62,608 nucleotides of DNA, filler included, from Rhabdomonas costata (GCA_019059605.1; 34 parts of 34 records of this genome joined end to end with filler, not necessarily neighbours in it); one strand, 5' to 3'. Positions 24,112 to 37,086 are shown, numbered from the whole stretch's first letter. Numbers and translations are program-made. The notes: generated by a model from the sequence alone, not told the origin.

Positions 24112-25522
24112 GAGGACGTGTGGGCCGCCCTTGGTCCCCACCTTGGAGCTGTGCTGGACGCTCTCCCTGCTTTGGTTCCACACCTGAGCTTTCTCCTGGG
24201 TCCCGAGATCCGGCCTTTGCTGCTGGCCTCCGCTGACGCCCTGCTGCCCCACCTGGACCAGCTGGTGCCCCACTTGCACGTTCTGGCCGAGGTTTGCTGC
24301 GCGATCTTCACGAAACTCTGGCAATGTTTTGGAGCGTGTTGCGTTGATTTACGATGAGAGATGGGTTGACAGAGCACGCAGTCGAGTGTGTCGCCAGCAT
24401 TGAGGTGGTGACTCCCCTACGGGCCTTTTGTTTGATTTTTTGACCAGGTTTGAGCCGGTAGCCAGAAGAGAGTTGCTGATTTTGTCGATATCAATCAGGG
24501 TGATAAAAGTCGCTTTTTTGTGGTTCATTCGCCAGAGGGGTCAGTGTAGGATTTTTTCGTACTCCAAACGGGTGTGGCTAAGTTTTGTAATCAGCCCCGT
24601 TCACCTTCAACCAGTGGTCATACCCACTCAGTCGAATCGGTGACAGTGACATCGTGCTCTGAAATTCTGCCTTAATCTGTTTTCTTCCTAGTTTCTGTGC
24701 ATTTCTGTCCTTTTTGCACCAGTCCCACACCGGACTATTTTTCGACATGTAATCATTGTGTGTTTCCTGCCAGCCGGAGACTTGGGCTATGCTACGCCCA
24801 CACATCGGGGAGCTGATTCCCCACATCTCCGCGCTCGGGCCTCACCTCTCCCTGTTGTTGGGGCCGGAGGTCCAGCCCTCGCTGTGGGCCTACCTGTCCA
24901 CCCTTTTGCCTGTGCTGGGGCAGCTCCTGCCCCACCTCCCTGTGCTCCTGCAGGCCCGTGCGCGCCCACCCGCAAGAAAAGCAGCACAAAGCCACATTTT
25001 TTTTTTGCAATTTTTTGTGTGCCATTCCCTGTTAATGCCATTCTTCGGTTATTTTTTTGATGGTCGACTCATTGAGCCAAGAAGTACATCATTCTCGATG
25101 CCAGTTTGTGCGCTGTTTTGATTCTCGCAGACACCAAATGACATCTGGGCAGTGATGCGTGAGTAGATGCAAAGAGTCACTGCTACGTATTTCTGAGGTG
25201 CGAGCATCGGGCTTGTCTCATTACATGTTTCTCTGGTGCCTTTGTCATACACAACAAGAAGGACTCCAGAGAAGTGCAGCAAGTGTTTTGCCCAATTCAG
25301 CACAATGCTCACTCCTTTGCGCTGCTCCTGTTACAGGACGAGGCTGTGGTGGCCACGTTACGGGGCTGCCCCGGGAATGTGCTTCCCTTTGTGCCCGCCC
25401 TGGCTCCCTTTCTGGCGCAGCTGCTGTACCCCGAGCCCACACGGCGGATGGTGCTGCCGCTGGCCCCGCGGGTGGTGCCCTTCTTGCCCATGCTAACGCC
25501 CCTTCTGCCCACAGTAATGCAG
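24112..25522 (+). CDS. Unknown Leu/Pro/His-rich repeat protein; three phase-0 exons of 180, 180 and 186 nt (24112-24291, 24774-24953, 25337-25522)
   Basis: EDVWAALGPHLGAVLDALPALVPHLSFLLGPE...; PETWAMLRPHIGELIPHISALGPHLSLLLGPE...; DEAVVATLRGCPGNVLPFVPALAPFLAQLLYPE...; each flanked by AG and GT/GC, and they align without gaps. Confidence 0.8.
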
Positions 25523-25828
25523 GTGTACACGCACGCGCACACACGCACACACACACACGACCGAAACCCCTATTGGTTCGGTGCATCCCAGTGAATATTG
25601 ATGGCTGCTTTCGGCTGCTTTTCTTTTGTTGAATGAACGTGAAAAGGGGTAAGCTGAACGTAGCAGCACCCTCGAAATGACTTTATTACATTGTTAATGG
25701 GGTTAGGTAAACTTTGCCACCAACCCACNNNNNNNNNNNNNNNNNNNNNNNNNNNNNNNNNNNNNNNNNNNNTTAATTAATTAANNNNNNNNNNNNNNNN
25801 NNNNNNNNNNNNNNNNNNNNNNNNNNNN

Positions 25829-27574
25829 GCTTCCGTGTCGTCCCCTGAGCCCGCTGAACCTTCCTCTCCTTCACCTGGGTGGACTGTGGGATTCGAAGTT
25901 AGCCGTCTTGTCCACCACTTTCTCAAAAAGCTTCCAGCATTGTGGCTCAGGTGGCTCCCCAGCTGTTGTAATTCTCTCAGAATTGCTGCTGCCTCTGACA
26001 CCCCCCGCGTTGCTTCCGGGGTTTCCTGCCCTCTGGGTGTCTCCCGTTCTGGCCTGGGGGTTGGTCCTTGCTCCTCCCAACTTTCTCCCAAGGGCTCTCT
26101 ACTTTCTGCTTGGTGGGGTTGCGAGAACCCGGTCCTCCCACTTACTGGGTTGACATTGGAGCTTGCGGGTCCATCTGCTTTTTGATGGATGGGTGTTACA
26201 CGATCGCTTCGATTCTGGCAGCTCCTTTCTAACCGGGTGTCCTCCGGGGCTTTCTCCTTTTCCGTGGCATCCGCTGTTGCTCTGCTGCAACTGCTGCCAT
26301 GCTTCCCGTGGCTTTCCTGATTCTCCGGAAGAACGCTCTGTCCCTGCCTCTTGGCGGCAGTTTCTTTGAGCTGGCCCATTTCTTGACCGCCTTGTGTGGG
26401 CTTCAGCATCTCTTCATCTTCTTCGCGCACGCTCTGCTTTGCATATTTGGTCAGGCGTCGAAACCATGCTCGAAGATACCCCCTCCTGAGCTCCCTGGCG
26501 GCCCACCATTGGCTCAGAAACTTACCCCACACTTCGTGTAGCCGCCTCCGGGGGTAACCCCTTCTGAAGGCGCACTTGACAATGTAAAGTACCGCCTCCT
26601 TGAATCCCTTCAAGTGGCTACAAATACGCTGGGCCCGTATAAACTGACCCATCACCACGCCCATGCGCTGTTCCTCAGATACTTGACTGTCCTGGGCAGG
26701 GTAACGGATGATCCTGATTGGGTACGAGGCCTCCCTTTGAAGCAGCTCTGTGAAAACCCGGCAACGCTCATTTTCCTCTTTCCACAAGAGCTTCATTCCC
26801 AAATATTCCAAAACTCCAGGCTGCTTCCTGGTACTCTTATAACCCATGCCGTAGTCCGCTTCCGTTGGGATCTTGCCCGACATTGTCAGAATGTCGTCTA
26901 TGAAGCGGTAGTTATCTTCAACATCTTCAGGGGCACAAGTTGCTGCAAAATCCCTCTCCGGGATGTAGCAGGCCAGGTTCGCCAATTGCGGGGCGCACTG
27001 CAGGCCCATCCCAAAGCCTTTCACTTGACGTTTTATACTTTGGCCCCACTTCAGGTAGCCATTATCAATCACAAAGTTGACCAACTCCATGACATCCCGT
27101 TGTGTCATTCCTTCTTGCCCCGGGGCTTCAATCTCCTGAATCCACCCTTCCCGTGACAAACGAAGTCGGCCCCCTTCTTTCTGTTCTTCATATTCCCAAG
27201 CTTCTTGTATCGCCTCGGCCACGCGCTCCTTCAGTAGGTCCTGGTCAAACATCGGATACATTGTTACGAAATCAACTGTATCGGCTGTATCTTTCCTCTC
27301 TTTCAGGGCGTCCGCTTTGAATCTGATGGGCTGCACAACCTCCTCTACACTCGTGACAAACCACACTTTTTTGGGTTCCCCCCGATCCATGCCTTCAACA
27401 TCCTTTTGCTTCAATGACTCCATCACTTGATTCAGCAGCTTTACAAGTTCCATGCCGGCCCCCGCAATAGACCCGTGCGGCTTTTCTCTGAGGCCTTTCT
27501 GCTTGTCCTCTGGGGTCTTCTTCACCCCAGATATTATCCTCAATTTCCGCTTCGCACTTTTCCAAATGCCATAT
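25829..27574 (-). mobile_element. Penelope-like retroelement reverse transcriptase ORF (Naiad/Chlamys-type), intronless and open across the whole contig
   Basis: YGIWKSAKRKLRIISG, TVDFVTMYP, RQVKGFGMGLQCAPQLANL, YRFIDDIL, YLGM, and the PLE thumb IIRYPAQDS...GVVMGQFIRAQRICS...F.EAV...FRRGYP. Confidence 0.9.
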
Positions 27575-29258
27575 NNNNNNNNNNNNNNNNNNNNNNNNNN
27601 NNNNNNNNNNNNNNNNNNTTAATTAATTAANNNNNNNNNNNNNNNNNNNNNNNNNNNNNNNNNNNNNNNNNNNNCCTCTGCTGCGACTCTTCTTTCAATC
27701 ACTTCATGCATGGTTGCTCAGTGGGTCAGAAAGACAACACCCAACAAGATGCAAAAAGGCGTGCTTCCGCGGATCTGGTTTCAGAATGAACTTGCACAAC
27801 CAACCACGCTCTATCCAGGGCCGCAGCTGCCCCAGGTCCATATGAGCCAAACGAGGGCATTTCCTCGCACCTTCCCGAAACCGTTCGTCTGTCCCTTCAT
27901 TTTGTCAGTTAAGCATATGGAACACATCTGGGACGAGCAAATGCAATTAACTTGTTGTTTCTGCAGCCAAGGCATCCCATCAAATGCACCCCTTACCCCA
28001 AACCCTCTCCTAAAAACTGTCCCCCATTGCGAAAGAACACAGGCACGCAACCCTAGGCAGTTAGATGATGAAGATGTCCGATCCATGTTAGACGGGATCA
28101 ATGAAAAGCAGAAAGAAAGATGAGGAACCGGCCACCACACTGCTCTGCTAAGTCCAGGGGCTTTGTTCTGGGGTTCGTCCCCGCCAACCCCTCCTCCCCT
28201 CCCATCGGTGCAGCCTCAGTCCTTGGGATCACTTAAACTGGATCCGGGGGAAGTAGGTGATACGCTTCGCTCGAATCCCGGGCACCCGCCCGAAGTGAGC
28301 GATATCCCTCAGGCAGTGCCTGGGACAAAAATCAAAGACATCATACTTGAAAGCACCATAGTCCTCGTATATATAGCAGCAGGAAGCAACAACCGACGCT
28401 GGCACAGCATGTGCAGAGTCGCTGTATGAGGACAAGCCAAAATTTTCGAGACGGACAGGCCGAAAAATTCGATTCATTCCGCACTGGGTTGTAAAAAGCG
28501 TTCCAACCATCCACAGTCGAGCATGAAAACGTTAATCACTGGAGCCGCGGCCCGGAAATGCTGCTGAGACTTGTCCCTGGAAGGCAACATGCTATCCAGT
28601 GGAGCAGGGCAAAAGTTTCAAGTCAAATTTAATACCCATTTTTACGGTGGGAAATGACGCATTCGGATTGGCCTGCAGTTCAGAAGGCCACAAAAAAAGC
28701 AGAAAAGGATACCGAAATAACACAGAGGAGCTGGAGCCTTGCAATTTCCTTGCCTTTTGTCCTCTCCACCGAAGCGATAGGGTTAAGAACCGCATTGATC
28801 AAGCGATGTATCCCGCGGCCCCATCTCGAGAGAATATCTGGACACTCCTCTGTTTGCAGCAAGTCCTGAAGAAGTTGGTTTGGCTTTATTTATCGAGGAC
28901 AAAACCAAAAGCCCATCAAGGGACAGGGGCGGGTAGAATAGCCAGGAAAGAGGATCCTATTGAGAGGAGTAGCTAATGACTTGACTGATAGGCCGTTCCG
29001 AGGATCCTAATGCAAATAAGCCTATCGGAGGGTAAGCAAAATGCCCCCAAAGGGTCAGCGTACAGCGTCAAGTTTCCAACACGCAGAAGAGTGGCACAAA
29101 GGAATCCGCGCTTGCAGGTATAAGAAAGGGCAGAAAAAGGAGGCTGTCCGAGGCGTCAGCAAGGTACGCAGACAGAGGGGCCAGAACAACAAAACGGGTG
29201 GGATTGGGTAATGGTTAATGGAGAACAGGGGCAGAGGCATGGGGCAGGGGCAGCCCAC

Positions 29259-29419
29259 CTGGAGACACCCCAGTCCGTGATCACGGAGGTGGTGTTGCGG
29301 GTCTCCGTGCACACCATGGGAATAATCCGACGGGGGATGGGCGGGGACTCACGGTGCAGGGCGGCGATGCGGTCCACCACGGGCCGTGGTGTGGCGGCAT
29401 CCCGGGCCAGGGCGTAGAA
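29259..29419 (-). CDS. Exon of an unknown protein
   Basis: GC3-rich open frame FYALARDAATPRPVVDRIAALHRESPPIPRRIIPMVCTETRNTTSVITDWGVS ending at a cag|gtgggc donor. Confidence 0.5.
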
Positions 29420-30499
29420 NNNNNNNNNNNNNNNNNNNNNNNNNNNNNNNNNNNNNNNNNNNNTTAATTAATTAANNNNNNNNNNNNNNNNNNNNNNNNN
29501 NNNNNNNNNNNNNNNNNNNGTTTGTGGTTCAAAGAGGCCAACAAAAAGTTGCGGCTGTGTGTTACTTACAGACCTCTTAATGCAATCACGGTTACCAATG
29601 CGTACCAGTGACTTTACTTGTTTCATATCATGTCACAATTGCTAACCATCCACCTAAAAATTTCCCTCCACTTCCATACTTCAACAACACATGGCGGTGG
29701 ATGGAGTAACCGCACACAAAACAAGTAGTTCTTGATTTCGGGCAACATGTCTCCATTCAATCAACTTTTGTTTTTAAAACATTTCTATTCTCTAATTCTC
29801 TAGAATACCAACCAAATCATTGATCTAATTATTCTCTGTCTTACACTGGTAATTGTACAATATTTACTCCACGTCTGTCGTCCACATTTTGGAATTTTCC
29901 ATCACATTCTTCATGTACCATCTTGCGTAGCTTCTTTGCGAATTCTTTCCACATCTGTAGCTGTTTTTTTTTAAAACTTTCCATGCATCTGTAATAACGT
30001 GTCTGAGTGTTGGTTTGTGCAAACGTCAGGAGGTGTTATCTGTAACTCTTACTGGCACGTGGTTGCTACATTTTCAACTCTTGGCTGAGAAACACTTGGA
30101 AGCACTCATACGAGGTAAGGAGAAACTCGCAAGCACCCAGTAGCTTAGTCAGAGCACACAATAAAACCAAAAGCGCTGTACACTATCACCTCTCACACCA
30201 CCAACGCTGTGTATTTTGGTAATAACTTCTCCTCCTCTTATCTGGCGAGTTGCTCCTTGATATGAAACTGAAAGCAAATTAAAAAGAATCAAAAGCTCGT
30301 CTCCTGCCAAGCTGCTTTTACAGTCATCTTCACTTTCCTCATTGTTAAAAAGCCACTATAACAGCTTATCTGGGTATCTATCTATATTCTACAACACTAC
30401 AACCACGCAAAAAACACTGTGTCCAGGACTTGGTCGGATATTTTTACGCGTATCAACGATACAATCTTCACTTACATCTATTAAACCTGATCTTTAACC

Positions 30500-31264
30500 A
30501 ACTTTGGTGTCAACTAAAGAAGCCCAGGTCGGCTTGCTACTCCATTCTTTCGTTTAATCTTCAGAAATGTTAGCTGAACTTCTTGGGCATTACACTTCTA
30601 CCTAATCTGTCTGTGGTGCGAATGAGTCATCGCTTCGAACGTATTAATCTGGTCCATTTACCATTTTTCACCACAATCACCATTTGTCTTGTAACATTAT
30701 CACTGTGTCTAACACACTTTAAATTACCAGATTCAATCACCAAATTTGAACATTGGATGCGCTCTCACCAGCATTTCTTTTGGAATGTCAAACACAAAGT
30801 TTGTGTGTGTAATATTCTTGACGATTGTAAGAGGTCCCACTGATTTTGGCATAAGCTTACCTGGTGGATATATTGGAAATGCTTCATGCTTCATGCTTCT
30901 TACTGATCAGCAAATCATGCAAAAAGTGAATCTGACATCTTTCGACTTGCATGGCGGCCACAAGTAGCGTACTTTTTTTAATGTAATCATAAGTAAACTT
31001 AAGCCAACTTTAGTTTACTTAAGGTACATACTCGCTAGAGTACTTGTACGTGAGGGTGTTTGATGTGTAATGAACTGTAATTCGTGTTTGCAATGAGGGC
31101 ACTACTTATCGCAATCTCCACCAACACCAAATGCCAACCAGTATTTGGATGCGAAACATAAGAGTTGTCATCACCTGCTTCATGGTCTGATTGGTATGCT
31201 CTGATTTTCTGTTGGAATGTGGATAGTACTGCGTGTATATTATGCTATAGAGGTCCACAAACAC
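30500..31264 (-). mobile_element. Decayed Ty3/gypsy LTR-retrotransposon integrase (core end, GPY/F motif, possible chromodomain remnant)
   Basis: Minus-strand frames give TQYYPHSNRKSEHTNQTMKQVM (compare TaYHPQtNGqsERtNqTleqyL), LVLVEIAISS, and GKLMPKSVGPLTIVKNITHTNFVFDIPKEMLVRAHPMF at ~30861-30747 (compare KL.Pkf.GPf.I.....y.l.lP.....HPvF). Interrupted by stops and frameshifts; AT-rich. Confidence 0.8.
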
Positions 31265-33567
31265 NNNNNNNNNNNNNNNNNNNNNNNNNNNNNNNNNNNN
31301 NNNNNNNNTTAATTAATTAANNNNNNNNNNNNNNNNNNNNNNNNNNNNNNNNNNNNNNNNNNNNGGTTTGGGTGTGCTTCCGCTGAAAGGCGGAGAACAC
31401 AGATTGTTTCCAGTATTGGACATCCCTGAAACAACAAAAAGAAGCCTTGGCATTGAATTTAGAGGGAGAATACTCCATTTTGCTGTCCATTTTAACACGT
31501 GGCAGTGATATCAAACATATCAAAGATCGGCTTTCCGGTCTCAAGGGCCTGGGGCCTTTTTGTATAACACCGGTTGTTAGACCGGTTGTTACCAGAGAAA
31601 GGTGAAACAAAAACGGTTCGAGTCTTGTTTTTAAGTTTCTTCTTTGCGTTACAAAATTTTGGCCAGGCGTGCTTGTAACACCATAGGGTTTTTTTTTCAT
31701 AGAAGGAGGGGGTATAAATAATTAGGTACGTTAGGTACACTTTGCCAGATTCCCCCTTAGGAGAGGTTCATTAGAAGCAGGGTTGGGTGTACTTTGCTTC
31801 TTTTATCCCCTGTTCTTTTATCTTGGGCCACGGAAGGCAGCGAAGCTTCGCTCGGGGGTTTAAATAATTATAAACGGGGGGTATAAATCATCAACTCACA
31901 TGTTATCAAGGAATCTCCACGTCTGGGGTCGTCTCCGGCCCTGTTTCGTTTTGATCTGCAAACAGGACCCAGCTGCAAGCCAGATTTACTCCCATTTCCA
32001 TTCCAGTACCAAGTTCCATTGGAGTATAAGTGACAAGAGAAATAAAAGCAAAGTGACCTTTGGTGTTGAAGAAGGTGGATGATTCAGCAACCTGAAAAAA
32101 TAACGTGACAATAGCAACATACGAAAAAATTCCCCAAATTCAGGAAATCCTCATGCAATTGCATACAGTGGAAGATAACTGAGCAGGAACTGCACTACAA
32201 ACAGGACCACTTGCAGCGTGAGTTAGATCCTGGGAAGAACTTCCCACACCAAACATATTTCCGACGTCTTGACGTCTGTACGAATTCGACTACTTGTTCC
32301 TCCACCAGAAACCATAATCATAAATATTTTTGTTTTAAATGTTTTTGTTTTTATCGGAGTTTTATCTTACCCAAGGGCTTTAACACTTGACAGGACAGGA
32401 GAGTCATTTGCATTTTTAGAGCATGCTGACTGATTTAAAATTGGTGAGCACTCACACACGTGAAGGAGGCGAAGATAATGGAAAGAAAAGCTGCCCAAAC
32501 GACGAAGATCTGGGCGCATGCTGTCTGACCACCCAGGGTGGGATGGCCAGATTGCCTCAGGAATTGAGACCACCAGTCACGCAACTCCACGCCTGTGAAG
32601 TGAAGCGGAGAAGATGAACAGAATTAGGGCTCCGTGACAACTTAGGAGGGAGGGAGGGAGGCAACCTGAAACCACCCGAGCACTGTGCTGCGGTCAGACT
32701 GCGCGTAATTGCACCCAAATTGCCCAGGGCAACGGCCGAAGGTTGGAATTGCTCGTTTTTTTTTTTCACAATGCTAGTTTCATGCTTCATCTCACGGAAG
32801 AGCGCAAGTCGCTGGCCCCAGTTCCACTTTGGGGGTCTGCGGTCGTTTTGCTTGCCCTCCCACCCCGGACCAAGGTGCAAAGACAACCTGGATCAGCCGA
32901 AGAAGCTGCAAGACGCAGGCCGGATGCGGTCGCTGAAGTTCCGAATTGAATGTGGACATCCATAGCTGCCGGACACCGTTGCACAGATAATACCTGCAGG
33001 GAGATCGGAGGCATCCTCCCACTATGCAAGGATATCGGCCGGCTCTCTCGCCGAACCCACCGACTCATGCTTAGAAAACCGCTGTTCGCACCTGACACTC
33101 AACACAAACNNNNNNNNNNNNNNNNNNNNNNNNNNNNNNNNNNNNNNNNNNNNTTAATTAATTAANNNNNNNNNNNNNNNNNNNNNNNNNNNNNNNNNNN
33201 NNNNNNNNNGGTGGGTTGGTTCCATATTTCTTGTGGTTTTACATTTGCTTCAGCTGAATGAAAGATTCCAAAGTGACGGTGAATAGTAAGATTTTTCAGA
33301 GGCCTGGCGGGAGATCGCACACCGGAACGGTTCGTTCGTGTGAGTTCCCAGCCGCACACAAAGCATTGCTGATCGCCTCGCGTGCGCTTGCGCGAGACAG
33401 AAGAGCAACCAGAACCACTGAGCTACCCACCTTTCTCGATGGGAATGCCCAAAAAGGTTTGGGCGACCGGTTCCCAGAGGGACAAGCGGTTGGTCACTTT
33501 TTTAAGAGAGACGTAAAATCTGGTGTTTCCGAAAATAAAAGTGTAAATTTGTTTTTTTTTAAAAAAG

Positions 33568-34596
33568 GCGAAATCTTTGGGGGTGAAAGACGATGATGTA
33601 GCGGAAATCGACCTTTGTCCACCTGTGGAGACGGTCAAGGAAATTAATTTCATTTGGCCTCTCCGCAGACCTTGTTGGATAACGTGTTGTTTTGCCAGAC
33701 CGTTGCAAAACGTTTCCGACGGTGCTTTTTAAAAGAATATGACGAATGGCACCAGCTGTCCATTTTCCTTTCACCACGGGCAGAGTGTGTCCTTGGTGCC
33801 ATGAGTTGTGACAGCCCAGGACATGCAGCAGCAGGGACCGGGTCTTCCTGTTGTGATGCCTTATGTTGGATCAGTCAATGCTGCACATCACAGCAAGAAA
33901 GCCCCTCGATGGCAGTAACTATTTGGACACGGAAAAGCGCATCGTTTTCCTGTGAGGTTATGGTTTTAGTTGATGGAGTTTATTTTTTAACATTTGCAAC
34001 GCAACAACAGCAGTGATGTTTAGCCCAAGAATAGCTGTATAAATGGAGTTATTGAGCTTGACCTCCTCCACCGCTTTCAATATGAATCGTGTGAATCGTG
34101 CTGGAATCACTGCCGTGGCCGTGAATCGTGCAATTAACGGATGGGGTACAAGGCTCTTTTTATGTGTCTTGTTTTGATTTATTTCCACTCGTTTCTGTAT
34201 GCCTTGCTTTTACTTTTTTTTTGACATTTGAAAAATCATTAAAAGCAAGAAATGACGCAAAAAAAAATTCGTTAAAACCCCGCCAAAGTCGTATAAAAAT
34301 TCGCAAAAAAAGAAACAGTGGGGAAGCGGAAATTTCCTGCCAGTGAATTCAACAGGGACGCCCTGGGCCATGGTACCTTGTCTGCTTTTTGGCAACCAAA
34401 TCGTCGCATCAACTTTTTGCAGGCAACTGCAAGGTGGCACGCCCTCTGCTTCTGAAGTATGCGAAGGATGATGCGGCCCAGCCAATCCCAACGAAGCTGG
34501 CACAGAGCCTTTTAGAGGCGATGGCCCCGAACAGCGTTGAGCTGGTCGACGTGAATTCTTCTAGTCCTGAAAAAGGACACCCGTCGGAGACCGCTG
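33568..34596 (+). CDS. Possible two exons of an unknown protein (33568-33721 and 34423-34596)
   Basis: AKSLGVKDDDVAEIDLCPPVETVKEINFIWPLRRPCWITCCFARPLQNVSD|GNCKVARPLLLKYAKDD... splices in phase 1 through GT-AG; no homology recognised. Confidence 0.35.
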
Positions 34597-35242
34597 GTGT
34601 ATCTGAAACCTATGGATTGAATGAATTCACACAGTCGGTTTTCACCCTTTTGCGATAGTGTTTGTTTTCAGCCAGTTGCATGCACGTAGTTGTTCGTTTG
34701 CTTTTTCAAAATAAAAAACTGACGGACGGGTAAAACCTATGCTTCTGGCCAGTTGTTTTCCATGCGCCTGAGCATGAACGAAAAGGTCAAGTTTCAACAC
34801 CCGTATTGTCTTTCGTTTGTTGCCAACCATTTTTGGGGGGATTGAGTGCATGCCTTCAGCAGAGCAGATTTACGATTTTCCAGACTCTGTTGGTTGAATC
34901 GTAAATCTGCTCTGCTGAAGGCATGCTCATATCTCTTCAAACACACCTAACACANNNNNNNNNNNNNNNNNNNNNNNNNNNNNNNNNNNNNNNNNNNNTT
35001 AATTAATTAANNNNNNNNNNNNNNNNNNNNNNNNNNNNNNNNNNNNNNNNNNNNGGTTGGTGGTGAAAAGAAATGCAAACCGTAAAAAAAAGTGGAAAAG
35101 TGCAACTTGCAACCGTGCAAATTTTTTCTTCGGATTTTCGACCCTTCCGATCATTTTGGCTTGAAATGCAGTTTTTTTTTTTGCATATTTTTGTTCTTTT
35201 TCGTGCCTGTTTGCATTTCTTTTCCCCTCGCTGCTCGAACAG

Positions 35243-35374
35243 CACTCCGCGGTTCCATGGCGCAAGGCGGGGGTCCGGTACGCTAACAACGAAATCTTCT
35301 TCGACGTTGTGGAGGAGCTGGACGCGATCATTGATGTCAACGGACAGCTTGTGTCCTCCGAAATCACGGGAAAG
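35243..35374 (+). CDS. Exon of an adaptor complex medium (mu) subunit, most like AP-3 mu
   Basis: HSAVPWRKAGVRYANNEIFFDVVEELDAIIDVNGQLVSSEITGK has the WR..gv.Y..NE..fD mu signature; PWR and EElDAIID point to AP3M. Flanked by AG and GT. Confidence 0.9.
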
Positions 35375-37086
35375 GTTGCTCTTGTTCTTTTCCATGTCAG
35401 TTTTGCATTAATTTGGTTGTTGGATACTCGCATACCTCGTTGAACGCCCTCCGCCTTTACACTCCAACGCGTCTTTGGTGAAAATTCGTCACAGCGGCAT
35501 TGCGAGCACCCTACGCCCCATCATTGACATCGACGGGGAGTGTTCAATCCACTTGCAAATCGTGGTCTTGACTTGTTTTTCGAACCCGCACCAGGAGCGC
35601 CTTTGGCTCAAAGCTGCCGCAAAGGCCGGAAATAAACAAAACAACCCGCACCGATGGGTCGGAAAAACACAGGAAATTGTGTGCGCTGCAAGACAATATG
35701 CCTCAACGCATTCGTTTACCTTTCAGCTCAATAAGATATGGACAGGAGCGCGTGCTCCGCGGGTTTTCGCAATTTAATGGCACCTGTTGTTCAATGATCG
35801 TTTTGTTTGGTTTAGTCGATATATGGGGCCACCAACTGGTGAATGGTGGAAAATGCGGTCTTTTTTAAAAGATTGCTCAAGGGTCTTGTAGCGAATTTTC
35901 AGCGCAATGGCGTCACCAGCGACCGTTTTCTTCACGAGGTCGAACAGGTTTTCAAGTAGATTGCCTCATGCCCTCAAAGCTGCCATGCTGGTCTCGAAGG
36001 GATCACTTCCTTGCAGAAAACAGTGCGAGGCTTTTCCTGAACAGAAACGCTTCGAGATTGGGGAGTGTCCCTAATGAACTTGGTGTAACACTCGGTCTTT
36101 TTTTTTGGACTTTTGCAAGAGCGCGAACACAGATCGTCGTATCTGCAGTGTTTGCTGTGCGACGTCTTTATGACGTTTAGCTGCGTGGATTCCTGTGCTT
36201 TTATTCACAAATCTTGCAATGGCGTCAAGAATAAGCAGGGCTTTGGTCTGGCACGGGACGCCGGTAGTCTGCAAGGCGCGTCCCGAAACACCATCACAAG
36301 GGGCTGGATATACTGCGCATGTTGGGTTTTCTTGCCAGTTGGACGGCAACCTGTGGTCCCCGCCGAAAGGCAGCTGTGAGATCATTGTCTTCACTGGATT
36401 ATCTTGCAGGGTGAAGGGAATTTTTTTTCGCGGCGGAGTCAAATGTCAAATGGCAAGTATAAATCACACACAAGGGAAAGTCGTGGTGTTGTGGATGAAC
36501 CGCGTTCACTCCGTTCACCTCCGTTAGAGGCCGTGGTCACCAGGGCTGATGTCTGCAGCTAACCTCCGCCGCGTAGGCTCAGCTCCTTCGTTTCGTTCGA
36601 GCATCGGCACATTATGCCCCTCCACAATCCCTGCTTGCAGATCTTTGCATACAGCGAGAGATGAGCTCAAGGTCACCCAGCCTCCGCACGAATGACATTA
36701 AAGAGTTCCCGATTTTCAGATCGTGGTCTCAGAAACACTAAGAACCTTCTCCCTCGTTTAGCAGCCTCTTCCGGAGATGGATGCGCTTCCCCCACACCNN
36801 NNNNNNNNNNNNNNNNNNNNNNNNNNNNNNNNNNNNNNNNNNTTAATTAATTAANNNNNNNNNNNNNNNNNNNNNNNNNNNNNNNNNNNNNNNNNNNNCA
36901 GAAAGTCGAAAGCAGTCACCGCGGCATGTGCATTTATTTGGCAAGGTGACATTAGGGCTCTACGAACGGCACTCCAGACGCCCAGACGTTTGCTCAACTG
37001 AGCGGGCAAGTACACAGAAAACTGAGGAAAAGGGGTACGGAGTGGGGAAGGATATGACGATGTGGGTGGGGTGCGAGCAGAAGAAC

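Noticed and set aside
31700-31890. Repeated ggggtataaat motifs; similar accgttaaac clusters at 48630-48850
   Set aside because: Short degenerate motifs, probably MITE fragments; no defined termini or target-site duplication visible.
36071-36442. RKKIPFT...SQLPFG resembling an RT motif inside the AP-3 mu intron
   Set aside because: No YxDD at the expected distance (only LILDA); insufficient evidence.
36640-36700. Possible 8-nt exon ATCTTTGC followed by a nonconventional intron start (ataCAG) continuing AP-3 mu
   Set aside because: The intron's 3' end and next exon are outside the contig, so it cannot be supported.
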